A stretch of DNA of 64,000 bases from Phoronis australis (lineage: Eukaryota; Animalia; Phoronida): positions 31,495 to 95,494 of the forward strand of contig NMRA01000879.1 in NCBI GenBank assembly GCA_002633005.1. The letters run 5' to 3'. A program made the translations under genes and the position numbers. Shown piece after piece: positions 51,171-64,000 of the stretch; positions within the stretch are counted from its first letter, which is position 1, and each line of letters opens with the position of its first letter. The notes beneath the pieces were generated by a model, which saw only the letters and a list, made by a program, of their open reading frames with translations, did not search any database and was not told the origin of the DNA.

Positions 51171-54082
51171 TAGGCCATTGTCCCAGCTCTCTTATCTGTC
51201 ACTTCCGTGGCTACTTTCTGGGGCAACGGAAACTTTGCATTAAACCCATCTACAGATGTTCAAAAATCAATTTCAAAAAAGTTCCCAAGAATACAGCTGC
51301 ACGTTTAGTAAAGAATTTCAAGTTATAAGTTGGAAAAAATATAACATCAACTAATGTGTTAGCCACCAGGTGCCAGTGCAAAATTATCCGAACAGCCAAT
51401 CAAATGCCAGGAAAATATTGTGTCCATACCTTCCCCCTTCAAATGTCGCCCGTTTGGCATGAAAACATTCACCAGAGGACAGTCAGCTGATGTTATCCTG
51501 CTGGCTTTGGTAGCTTGTTTACTGTTACTGACTACATTGGTTAGTATTAATTCTTGGCTGGGTGTGCAAGTAGTAGGCGATTACCAAGGGCTAAGGCTCA
51601 AAAGTCAGCAGGCAGCAGTTAGGAATTAAGGAAAGTCAAATGGGCACGAGTGTCATCGGACTGAAACAATTCTTGGCCCATTCCTAAATCATTTTGTGTA
51701 TTAGCAAAGAACAATTTTGGGACAGTTAGAACTATGCTAAAACCATGAATTATTGAAAGAGTGTTCAACTTCACCACAGACTGACAAGATGTCTGTCCTT
51801 TGTTGCATGCATGTGTCAGGTTCTGCTCAAATTTCTTAGCTGGAATTTTCAGATATTACCTGCTCTAAGTCTACTGCCAACAAACGTATCAACATTGTAT
51901 GCAAGAAAACTATCGCTAGTTTTTTTTTGAAAAAACAGAGCTGTTGTCATGCGCACACCCTGGGGTGGGGGGCTCGGGTCTTGAACAAAACTCCCCCATT
52001 TGATAAAGTGAGTAAAATGTCCGCGCCAGAGAAACAAGAACTACGAAAAAGTAGAAAACGAGACAACAGTTCACTAAAAATGCAGGAACTACCAAAATTC
52101 GGGAAACGTACAATTCGTAGCTCTGAAGTACCCCGTGAATCTTAATAAACGTAGACATTCTCAAAAACTTGAGCAACTCATTTTTAGGCTTGATGCGCGC
52201 ATGCTTCTATCACAAGCGGTGTTAAAGACACTTAACGCATGTAACAAAAATTGAAAGAGAAGATGATCAAGCTGATGATGGAAATGTTGATCCCACTAGA
52301 AAATTAAGAAGATTGTCACTATCAGTTACATGTAGATTTAACAGTGCTCAAAGAAAACTACCGTATATATCTTGTCACCACAATTAACCATTTGCCACAA
52401 ATCAACTTTCAGAGGAACTTCACAAACAGAAGAAAAGTTGAAACTTCAAAGTGTCACAGTTCCTAACAATCAATTGTAGCTAAGCTTTCCTATTCTTAAT
52501 TTGAAAATGTGTCATTTACGGCGAATAACCTTTGGTTCAGATCACAGAACAAAAATTATTTTGCTTGATAAATTTTTAGTATTAGTCGTCTCAATTTCAA
52601 ATGTATTGGCAGTAGTTTTCACCTTCCTGTACATGTGAAAGATCAGCACTGATTTTTACGAACGTCTAAGCCTATTTTTAGGCCCTTACATGTAAAATCT
52701 TTAGCAGTGTTTGGAATTTGAAAATCATAAAAATGGAACTATTGCCTGTGCTCTGTACATGTAATTAATGCATCTTGAAAATTCGAATCTTGCACAGATT
52801 TCAGAATATCACATTTCAAAGATTTTTGAACAGGAGTTTTTAGAGAAAGAAAATTTTACTCTTCCAATTATTTGCTATTTAAAGCAGGAACTCAAATGAA
52901 ATTTTAGCTCTACGGTAAAGAAGACGCTTTTCAATTTCAAGCAAAATCTATTGCCAACATAACCATTCCTTTCTTTTCAAAGGCTGAACTATTGTATTAA
53001 GAATGATATTTCTAGCACAGTGGCAAGCAATGCTAGTATTGATGCTAATTTCTCTTAATGCTTAACTTTGCTGAGGACTTAGACAAGACGGAATTTCAGT
53101 TGTTGGCCATACTGTGCGCTAAAGTGAAGAGCATTTTGGTTACATATTTCAGTTAAATAGGGTTACTGTAACAAGGTGTTTAAATGGAACGGTATTCAGA
53201 TTGTCATTTGTTTAATTTTGGGCAGGGCGCAGGCTGTCTATGTCAATAAAGATGGGCTCAAAACGTGTGTTTCCTGGTTTATTCATGAAAGGCACTGAAC
53301 CATTTTTATGAATGGTGTACAACGAATCATCAACAGTTAACAAAGCACGCTATCACATATTCAGGTTAAAATCTGTGATCTGTCCCCTCATCACGATTGT
53401 TTGCTGTTACACGCTAAAAGAGCAAACTACCATTGCGCCATTCACAAAAGAGCCTTGCAGCATCATGTCAGTACACCATCTCCAGTTGGTAATGGGTGAC
53501 TTTTGGAGCGAGTTAGTCTGAAGCTCCACTGGATGACTCTGCATTTAGTCCCAGAAAATGCGATGAAAAATGCTAATGGCAAGTGTAAAACAAGTGGTTG
53601 TAGTAAAAATGTGCTCTTGTTTGAAGTCAGACATGCCACGTTCTAAGTTGTGTGACTGTCCAGACGATGTGAACACGATGTCTCACTAACATTTGACGAC
53701 AATAATGATGATATGAATGACGATGGAGTGGATGAAGAAGCATAATAAATGTATGCTATGTTGTTAAAAAACTTTAAATTTCCAACCTGATGGAAAATGT
53801 TGACAAGATTCAATCACGGTGGTGACTGTTTTGACTGCTGGGCGTATCGTTCCCTGTGACAGTTGACAGTAAAGAGCAATGTGGATAATGATAATTAATT
53901 GTGCCAATTAATGAAATTGATGACTGTGAATTTTTGCAGAAGTGCTGGAAATGTATATTGATCGTCTGTAGGTTGTTCCATCCAAGTGGTTAACAGTAAG
54001 TTTTCTTTTCGCTCAATAGAATACAGTAGTATGTTTTCTGCTAAAGTAGTTACTTTTCTCTTTTTTGAGCAATTTTCAAACT

Positions 54083-54129
<47 letters not shown>

Positions 54130-54412
54130 TTTTATTGTTCAGTTACTTCAAATGAAGAAATCCCAATCAAATTATCATTCATTTTTTGCCTAGTGTTTTG
54201 GTTTTTGAAGATTGGCTTTCTGTGCCAAATTATGCAAAAAGTCAGATGTTTCGGTCAAGTTTCTCAAAAGTGTGTAAGTCAAACCTTGGGAACTTTTATA
54301 TTCTTAAAGTATAGTACTTAAAGACCTTGAAACACCAAAATTATCTTGCCCCCAAAAAGTAGCCACGGAAGTGTTTTTCTAGGCTTCCTAGAGTCGAATG
54401 GATTATGGCCTA
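51171..54412 (+). mobile_element. Academ-like DNA transposon remnant with both TIRs
   Basis: TAGGCCAT..CACTTCCGTGGCTACTTT.TGGGG at the left, inverted at 54345-54412. Flanks are GCT/GTT. Region 53310-53670 holds a frameshifted VNKARY..F / L.LH.KRANY..P.P.GNG / C..C Cys-rich tail typical of the XPG-like plus Cys-cluster C-terminus of AcademX. Confidence 0.7.
54083..54126. repeat. (TA)n microsatellite
   Basis: Read directly from the sequence. Confidence 0.95.
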
Positions 54413-56649
54413 GTTATGTTAACATGATTAAGTGTATCAGATGGCCCGTCTTGAGTGCTGTAGAAACCAACCTGGTTGAAAGTAAAATTGAAGGTTATGA
54501 GGATGACAGCCTTAAGCTAAGTCACTAGTAAAAGTGCTCATTGAGACACAGTACGCTGTGTTTGTGGCGTGTCATTACATTATAAATATTTAGTAACGGC
54601 TACGAATGGATCACTACTTTTGTATGGTTATTAGTGATCCATTCGTAGCACTTACTAAAATTAATAATTTATAGGCACACCGTAAACATACCGCAAGGGA
54701 TAATCTTTAAAATAAATCTAGACGAAATGACAGAACAAACGTTTAACCAACGATTTAGAAGATACGAAATTTGATGAATGTCCGGTCTAGAAAGAAATTA
54801 ACGGACATTGGAAACAACTTTTCCACAGATGATACATTGATAGACGTTTCTCTCAAACCCTTTAGAACAAATACTGGGTGATTTGAATCATATAATTTAA
54901 ATTCACATAGAATGAGAAGACTTGTTATCAATGATAGAATAGAAAGCAAAAATAATGGAAATAAATTGTTCCTTTATAAAAACGCTAAAGAAAATGGAAT
55001 TGTTTTATATACTGTCGATGACCTGATAGACGACGATACCAATTTATCAGTCGAAAAAGTAACCTATATCTTAATATATTGTGACTGAGAATTTTGTGCT
55101 CATATCTGCTGCATCAGACACCAGAGGTTAGTTACAAATATTTGCACCCATGTTTCTGTTGCCTATGAATTTAATGAAATCTGTTTGTTGGTTGTAGCAT
55201 GATCAATTTGCAGAATCTCCTTTTTGATGATGAAGTAAGAAAATATTTGGTGTAGTGTGTGTTCTGCAGTTTGAGACTTTAAATTCCAAAAAAGATATTG
55301 CCTATTTCTTGCACTTCCGCAGTTAAGTTTGATGACTTGGGTGAATGCTTGAATGGGGCTCGAAGTGATCGGTTTATAGGGACCACATAATGAGGTACGA
55401 GAACAGTATTGAGGGAATATTAGGGAATTGCCCTCAAAGAGGGGACTCTTAAGATTTGGGACAAGTTGCCATTTGTAATACAATATTGAATAAGATCTTG
55501 GACAGATGGAGAGCAGTCAACATTAGATCTTATATTTAAATCTATCAAACGGAAGAAAGTGATGCACGTCTTGATGCCCAGGATATTGCACGAATATGTC
55601 AAAAGTAGATACCAGCATCGATGTATTGGATCCCAAAGTCCATCCCAAAGACGCAGTAGTGAACATTAGGAGTGACAGGATGGCTACTCAAACAGTTAAT
55701 GTAGGCCTACATGAAACAAGCATTGGACAGGCAATGAAATCAGATTTCGGGAAAGGCTAGCAGTATGTTAGGAACACAAGTAGGTAATCACTGATGAAGA
55801 TACTTGTCCCTTAATACAGTACAAGGACATTGGAGACATCCCAGGAAGAACCTAGCTCAATTACTGTGCAACAAGCCGTGAAATGTGCATATGAACCTAA
55901 CAAATTTTAGGTTGTTTCGGATGACAAAAATGTCTTTTTCCTTCGTATGCGTTACTAAAGCAAGGAACAGCTTCAAAGATCACAACTATGAAATCACCCA
56001 GTAAGCGTAGAACAGTCATACACATAAAGTTAACTGGAAACATATAACGATATTGTGAAGGTCTCCTTCCTTCCCATGCGATGTAGGGTTGTAACGCGGT
56101 GGCATGCTACTATGGAGTTGGAAAGAGATCCATCGTTAAAATATTGAAGACTGGACATTACGTGGCTGCCATCGGCACTATTAATGTTTTTTTCTGTTTT
56201 CATGAAACAGGCAACTAAATGTATATGTGCCTATTATGGAATGAAGAGGATCAAGAAAATGTCAGGAACCAGACTACCGGTTTGGGGAAGAAAAATGGCA
56301 AGAAATAAATGTTCACCCCCAAACTGTCGCCAACAGCAGAGGTGTTCACAGAGAATATACACGTAAACAGAGCTCATTACCAGTCTGTCATGTGGTGGAA
56401 TGTAACCTGCACTAGATCAAGAACACTATAGATGGACGAAAGACGCCATGAACAAATCACTCTCACCAGCTATAGTTCTGCATGGTGTCCAACTAGCTCC
56501 TACTGCATACTGTTGATGTTTAGGTGTGGCTGCAAAGGTCAGATTCCAGGAAATTCAATTAGATACAATTGCAGAGTCAATTATCTACCCCGCACAATAT
56601 TTTGGGCACGTTGTACTGTAGTCTGCTCATGTTCCGAGTGTTGAATTAA

Positions 56650-59600
56650 GAGTGACTCCATATCAAAACCAACAGGTAGAGTCTAATCACCGATTTCTTT
56701 GAAACTTAGCACATGAGTTTGGTTTGTTGAGAAGTAGAAAAACCTCACTTTTTAAGAATTTTCATTCATTATTTTTCACTGAAGCCATTTTTGGCCACAT
56801 TTGGCACTCTGTAGCAGTCATAACGCACCTTTCCTGAAATTGACTTATTTGTTCAGTCATTCCTAACCTGTTTATAATCTAAAATAAAAAATCTTGCCTC
56901 TAATGTAGTTTTTGCGTACGAAGCATTATACGAACTGCACTTCGTCCTTTTGCATGTTCTCAGTTGCCTCTGCTGCCAATAGGGGGCTCTTGGAACATAT
57001 AATTAGCTTGCGAAACACGACATAAAACTTTGTATTTTGGAGAAAAATAAGGAAAGCATTATTAATTACCATTCTATGAAAACGGCATTGATGATTATTA
57101 CTTATTACAAAAATGTGTACGTAAATCAACTGGCGTGCGTGTTTCTAAATGATAGATGGCGCTGCTTTTGTTTACGTGGAGACTGAAGACGCATCTAGAA
57201 TAAGAGCAGTAACACGAGGACTTTGCTATAATTCAAGACTTCGCGAGATATGTCCCTGCATTTTAAATGAGAACACGTGGTTTTGGATAAATTTTAGAGA
57301 GGTTCTAGTGTTACTGAACTCACCCCTGCCTTGTTTCCCATCTGCCTTGTTCGTGCCACAGGCAAAGGAAGGCACCCAAGGTGGATATGGTCCCCTGGTG
57401 TTCAGTGCAAAAAATCCTTCAACTTGTCAATAGTCATTGTTACTTTGGGTTCATATTGTAAAGTCCCTGCTGGTTGCTACAAATTTTAGTCGCCACCAGT
57501 CGCCAGAAATCTGGTGTTCCCCACACACACACCGGGCACACTAACGCTGAATATTTCTGCCAGTGTGATCATCAGTGGTATAAAAAGGTACACATTCACA
57601 GTCAATAGAAAATAATTCACGAAAGACAATTTTATTAATGACTCATTCATGACCGACATGAAGTAAACAGAAGTAACGGTCTCGACTTCATATATCACAC
57701 ATCTTTGACTGGTATGCTACAAAACTAGGCTAAACGTTGAGCTCAGTCATTTACCACTTCATTCAGTAAATCTAACGACATAACAGCAGAAATAGCATCG
57801 TCATAAAGTTGCTGCAGACAACCTCGAAAAAATTCACCAATCTGTGATTCACTTAACATCACAGGTAAACACTTTCTCAGTGGGTTCTCGTAATGTTTTT
57901 TTTCCATTTTGGCACTTCCGAGGGTGAAAGTTTTTTACCTGACTTATCTACTTCATCGAATATGTTCGTCAGAAAGTTCTTAACCTTTGATGAAAATCTT
58001 GTTGACCTTTTACCTTTTTTCAATGCCTAACCTATTGCTTCAGCATTCGTCTCATCCACATTATACCAGGCTCTGAGGCTGCCTCAAATGACGCTCCGGT
58101 TCTAGCATCTTAAAGCATTTCTGACGACTGTCGTGCGATGTGGTCATACGAGTTCAGTGTGGTTACCCACATCCAAATGAAGACCTAGTTCTGCGACTGT
58201 AGCAAAAAATTTCGAGTAACCTTGCTAAGTACAAGGCAACTTTTGTTGAGGCTCTTCATTAGATACGATGCCAACCTTAAGTCTTGGTGTTGAAAATCCG
58301 CCATGTCTAGAGATGTTAATTTATTTTAGAGAAATAGGTTTCCCATTTTCTCAGTATTTGTAAGAACTTGCCGTCACCTACATGGAATGATTTCCACACG
58401 CGAATTCCTTGGGTGGAATAGTGGGAATTTAGGACTCTCCTTATACCAGGAACTGAGTATTTTGGAAAAGGCTTTGTGGCATTGATTGAACATGCATACA
58501 CATAACATCCCTTCACAGGGCCACTGGAACGTAGTGCTTCTTTCAACTCCAGAAAGTTTGTGATATTATTACTTTTGGCTACAAAGTACTTTGCATTTTG
58601 GTTTGAGTAGAGCGATCTTGCGATCACAGAGAACCTTTCCATTCTGACTTTCACTAAAGTCATATCTCGAAACAGAAATGCCGGTAGAATTTGACAAGGC
58701 TGCTACGTTCAAGAGGAGAGGAGCAGAGTGGTAACATCCAGCATTACAGTACCTGACTCTTCCATGACTGGTCCTGTTCAGTCAGAAATTCACCGACTCT
58801 GGGTAGTACGAGTCCGTACTCTGGCACAGGCCTTGCTTTGTGAAGTAGTTTTTTGTATCTCAAATGTTCAGTGGTGTCTTTGACATAACTCACTAAAGCA
58901 CAAAGCTTTTGTGATTTTTTGCAGAATAAACTCTAAAGAAAATATCAATTCTTACTCGTTTAATCTTAAAGGCATTCATTTCCTTTCAAAAGTTCTACAG
59001 AGTGTTTAAGTTAACTTGATTATGTAAAAGGGGTGGAAGAATACAAGAGGATTAGACGTACATTTTTTAATAAATCCTCAAGCTTAACCTCAACTGACTC
59101 CCTCAGTGGGTAAAGGTCATCGGGTTCAGTTTTGATACTAGCCGCATAATAAACCCGGAAAACATCTTGTTTTCATTTGAAAGAGTTTAGACTTGGTTTC
59201 TATAACTATTTAAAGCAGACTTCTTGCCTAAAAGTTTGTTCAAATGGTTTGTAAACTCTGCTCGTCATTTTCAAACTATGAAAAAAGACAGTTTTGCACG
59301 ACAATTTTCACTAAATTGCAAAGTTGAGGCAAGATTTTTTATTGCTCAGTCATGAAGACTAACTCTTTAAATATATGTTCAAAACGTCACATTAGGCTAC
59401 AAGGTGTTTTATGGCAGTACGAAGGTCACAAAAATGGCCACTAAAATTAGCCCCAAAAAGTGGTCTGTGGAATATCTCCCTGACTAGCACAAAACTGTTA
59501 GATTTTGATAAATGGCACAGAATTATGCACAGTATACGTTGGTTATTTCAGTCACCAAAATATAGCTTATGATCTATTTTGTATGTTACTCATTTTTGTT

Positions 59601-59816
59601 GTTGAAAACATGCGATTTTTGAGACGGCTAATATGCCCAATTGTGCCAATTTGTGTTAGCATGCTCCAGCGGCGAGATTAGGGGTCACTGAGTGCACAAA
59701 ATTTGGCATTTGGGTTTTTGTTAGGATACCTACCCATGTACAAAAATAAAGTTGTGTTAAATTTTGACGTATAGACTGATTTTTGAAAATCTACTGGTTT
59801 TCATATGGACTGCCTC
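56650..59816 (-). mobile_element. Sola3-like DNA transposon, copy 2
   Basis: Colinear with and highly similar to 28109-31587. Has its own TTAA TSD (56646-56649, 59817-59820) and unrelated flanks. Confidence 0.8.
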
Positions 59817-59984
59817 TTAACATTTGAAATGTCTTGTGACTGGTTTCCATTCCATAGGTTATTGTCCAGGGTTTATGCAAATAACTAATTTTGTCATGTA
59901 CTACATATTGTGTGGGTATCAGACAAAACTAGAATTTGTATTATTGTGTATTAAATTACAGATTATTTATACCTATGATGTCAT

Positions 59985-60750
59985 GACAGATTTCATTAAA
60001 TTCATCAGCAAAAATACCAAATTTATCTACTTGTAGTGCCTCCTGTAAGAAAGTTACGAGATGAATTTTTAATAATGGTCCCCTTTATTTTCACGAATTA
60101 TGCTAATTTATCATGCAACTTGCAAACTGATTTCATTAACCTAATTGACCATTGGGACATAGGTTCAAATATCATGCGAGTTTAACTGTGATGCTTGGTA
60201 CCGCAGCTACAAGCACAATTAGAATTTTGAGTAATGGCGCCCTTAATATGCATTAGTTATGCAAATCTGCATTAATTGTGCAAATTTATCATGCAAAAAT
60301 GTGCAAACCGATTTTATTAAACTAACTAACCAAAAGAATATAAGTGCAAAAGTCATGATAGTTCATCTGTGGTGCCTGGTACAGTAGCTATAAGCATAAG
60401 AAGAATTCTGAATAATGGCGGGCTTAATTTGCACAAGTTATGCGTATTCACCAAAAAACTTTCACTATTGAATTCGTTGGCCATGGAAACATGGATGAAA
60501 GCATCAAATTAACCTGCCTGCAGTGCGTGGTAAGGAAATTATAATTAAAAATAGAATTTTGAATAATGGTGACCATAATTTGCACAAATTATGCAAATTG
60601 ACAATTTATTCACCAAAACTCTTTCACTATTAAATTCATTGATAATGAAAACATGGGTAAAAACGTCAAAATCATCTGGCTGCAGTGCTTTGTAAGGAAA
60701 TTATAAGGAAAAATAAAATTTTGCAAAATGGCGACCTTAATTTGCATATT
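59985..60750 (+). repeat. Degenerate ~150-180-bp tandem array (about 5 units)
   Basis: The motif aattttgaataatggcg..taatttgca..ttatgc recurs near 60063, 60222, 60403, 60553 and 60716. Confidence 0.75.
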
Positions 60751-61102
60751 TAAAAAATGCTCACGGGTTGCGAACGGTCATGGTTACTTAACCCCAGGCT
60801 ACATAAAACAGCAAAAAATATCCGGCAAAACCAGGTTCACGTCCCTGGCTTCCGGACTATTAATTATAAAAAGAATGATGGTCAATTTCGGGATTATTGT
60901 TAAAGAGGACAATGAAGTCATCAATTGGGTTTTGTTGCAGTGTAAAAATACTCACAGTTGCAAAATAAGAAAGTGTCTTTAAATATGAATAACCTTTGGA
61001 ATCACAAAAAACATCAATTGAATTTTCCGAAATACGTTCTAAAATGGACGTTTTCTGGATTAAAGGCAAAATGAAAATTCCGTTTTTTTTGTTTTTGGAT
61101 AA

Positions 61103-63400
61103 TAGTCCAGTCATTCTACCCGGAAAAATTGCAACAGAAGGTTTTATTGTATAAATCGTATTCTCTCACACCCTTTAGTGTGAGAAAAATGTATACCGGA
61201 ATTGGAGTGGCGGTTTTTCAAGATTGCCGATAAATTGGCCGCCAGATTTGCAAAAGACCATTATAACTCGAGAGTGGAATGTGTCAGAGTATCAATTCAA
61301 AAAGGTTTTTCTATCTTTCGTGGGTCAACAAATGCAATGAAAATAGTCCACCATTTTCCAAGATGGACGCTGAAACTACTTCAAGTCGCAAAATTTTGCA
61401 CAATAAATTAGTGTGTCGCCTTGCTTCAAGCGTTGTATCATGCTTTTCTGGGTCGAATAATCCATTGAGACACATTTGGTTTGGCTCTAATGATTACTCC
61501 CATCATCTTCTAAGATGGCCACCTAATAGTTGCTTCGTGTAAGAACTTCAGATTCCAGAGACATGCCATCTTCACACATTTCATATACTGAGTTTTTTAG
61601 TCAGCAAGTCCATCACGATTTTTGTCTGGCTCTGATGATTACGACTACAATTTTCAAGATTGTTTAACGAATAATAACTTATCTGGGAAAAAAACATCAT
61701 GTTCGCCTGGACTGAAGGATCATTCTGCTGAAAAAGTGTGCTCTATCGAAAATAACTCTCTGCGATTAATTTAGGGATCCTCACCATCTGTGTCAGCTCC
61801 AGTTAGTTGTAAATGGTATTGAATACAGCAATAGTTGAGACAGGAGAAAGATTTACAAAGTATGTTTAGCAATTTAAACAATCTATAAGTACATGCACAG
61901 CTCCCACTTGCTAAGATAATTTTTAGTCATGTTAAAAGTCTGTCTGAAGCAGTCATTCTCAATCTGTGATCAAATTCATACATAATCATCCAGTATTTAC
62001 ACAACTAATCTCTGTCAACTGATAATGACATGCTGCAGCTTATACCATGGCATTCTCCACATGCAACCGAGCACGACAATCCTAACTTCTTGCAAGTAAA
62101 TCTATTGGAACTGCAGTTGGTCTTACACGAGCGTCTTTATACTTTCAGCAGATTCTCTGGTGCTGCTGATTGTTCCGTCGTCGTGGGAATGAATGTTCCA
62201 TCTTCCAGCTGCATACATCCCCTTATACAGCGAGTTTAGGCCCCTGCCAGTACATAAACATGACTACTCTTGCTCTTGACAAAATGTCCTGGCAGCATTG
62301 AAGTTACCCACTGAAAAAAGTTGGTGGTAATGATTGTATTTGGACAGGGTCTAGTCTGACACCTCATCTACAAATCGCCTGTATTGCAAGCCGAATTTCC
62401 AGAGGCAGTGCCGCCATAAAACATAGACGCAACTCTTACCAGCTTCAAATATGTCTTGCTTCAGCTGCATTGGTCTAGTGAGAACTATAGCGTTTTCGCA
62501 GAATTCTCGACGACAGAAATTCGTGAATGGGAGAGCCTTTGCTAATACCGAACAGCTGTACTGCAACCACCAATTACATACGCAAATGGCAAAACTGCGC
62601 AAGTTTTGGCACCAAGATACAACTGTAGTTTCAGGATGTCCCGGACTCTCCTCTTGCTTTGGTGCCTCTTGTCAAACTTCATGAACGTTGAAAATTGTTG
62701 TAAAGTAGCATGGTAACATAAAAGAACCAACAAGTCTGTATCGGTTGCAATGAGGGTAGTTGGACCGCGTGTTGCGTTCTCTACCGCTGCTTCTACAATT
62801 AAAACATCTGCGTCACCTTGAGCTTGTACTACTGTGCAACCAGTATTGCCTAGCAAACTTGACAAGAAGTGAATGAATCATCGTTTGTTTTTGCTCTTTG
62901 CCAAAAATGTTCCTTCATTGTCTTGATCACCATGTCACCATTGAAATGAACTTCAGTTCCAACCACCCTACCAAGTCTTTGCAACAACCTTGTCTTTCTT
63001 TCTGAATGTGAAGTCTTTCACTCATGACCCCACAGATGTGAATTGCCTCCCCCCCCCCTCTTCTCTGGCATTTTTGGCATTGGCGCGTGTGCCTGCAGTC
63101 ACACCATTGCCGATGTTCTGTAATGTATCTCTTTAATATGGATATTTGTTGTGGATGAATTCAACAAGCCTGCGGACGTCTTTGTCGTCACGCGACTTTC
63201 TTGCCTCAGTACATCCTTTATGCTACTGACTTGTTTCACAACTCAAGTTTGTCACAGTCTGCATGACACCATTTATACTTGAGGCTGCCGGCAAGAAAAG
63301 CAACCACAGTGCACTCTGCGTATCTCCCATTTCGCAACTACAAGACACTCCTATGAGTATATATCGCCGTACACAGACGTCATGCCAGCAATAATATCAA
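61103..63400 (-). mobile_element. Third Academ-like remnant
   Basis: ORF 62542-62865 QAQGDADVLIV..DTDLLVLL..GC is PIN/XPG-like. A Cys cluster CKKLGLSCSVACGECHGISC lies at ~62030-62095, and a TAGTCC terminus at 61103. Confidence 0.65.
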
Positions 63401-63649
63401 ACCCGCTCTCAAATCATCATCTAGTAAATCATTGGCCATTGATTGTTCTGACGAACTATTCTCTGCCACTGCGAATTCTCAAGATCTATACTATGATTCA
63501 GTCGTGTTTGAATAGACCAGTGGCAGTAAGTCGAAAGCCGAAAGTGAACTCTCGTGAGGGTATTCCACTGTAACCCAAGGTTCAGAAATTGGAAGACACT
63601 GGTTGTTCATTGCATGTCCTAGCGTATACAGCACACATCACGAATTTTT

Positions 63650-63832
63650 GGCCGCCCGGTCGGAAATTGGTCGACGACTAGCCGTCGACCGGTCGGCTAA
63701 TTTGCCGACCGGTCGGCTAAAAATTAGCCGACCGGCAGCCGCCCGCAGTGCCGACTCATAAGGCGACTCCCCAGCCGACCCTTCAGCCGACCCTTCAGCC
63801 GACCGGCCATCAGCCGACCAGCTGGTCGGCTG
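63650..63832. repeat. GC-rich cluster of palindromic AGCCGACC/GGTCGGCT units
   Basis: Many CCGACCGGTCGG and AGCCGACC units in both orientations. Probably a DNA-transposon subterminal region. Confidence 0.7.
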
Positions 63833-64000
63833 CTATTTTTAGGCTAGAGTAGCAGTTGCGTAATAGGTTGTCAGGCTGATACCACTTTGCGTGTCGATGC
63901 ATATTCGTCTTAGCACAGGGTCAAATAAATTAACCTAGTTTTACTGTCTCGGTTACATGAGTTCACGTCGGTTGTGTAATACCACTAATTCGAAGGTTGA

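Larger units (their letters stand above)
55690..60859 (+). mobile_element. Second Academ-like remnant, interrupted by Sola3 copy 2
   Basis: XPG/H3TH-like HAM*GCNAVACYYGVGK at ~56075-56125, RAHYQ..W at ~56370 and a CGCKG Cys tail before 56645. The element resumes after 59820 with subterminal repeats and ends in GGACTA at 60859. The left end was not found. Confidence 0.6.

Noticed and set aside
54700-55650. Possible L1/Tx1 LINE debris here and at 60860-61100
   Set aside because: Only a vague compositional resemblance. I found no diagnostic motif to cite.

Overview
This is eukaryotic, AT-rich, TE-dense DNA, probably from a marine invertebrate (an inference from the repeat families). There is no prokaryotic operon, CRISPR array or RNA gene, and most ORFs in the supplied track are spurious. 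Reading splice sites directly shows two paralogous, head-to-head, intron-rich host genes that the ORF track misses. Each encodes a predicted signal peptide followed by an LCCL domain split over matching 70/73/149-bp exons. The minus-strand gene has its probable ATG at 22708 and runs off the left edge; the plus-strand gene has its ATG at 28050 and its last recognised exon at 48577-48725. The introns and flanks hold decayed, nested transposons: a Gypsy LTR element carrying a Helentron-like insert and a Kolobok-like insert, a CR1/L2-type LINE, a BEL/Pao element nested in a second Kolobok-like copy and itself carrying a hAT remnant, two copies of a Sola3-like element, three Academ-like remnants, several MITEs with 5-bp TSDs, and micro/minisatellites. 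All family assignments come from recalled motifs and termini, not database searches.
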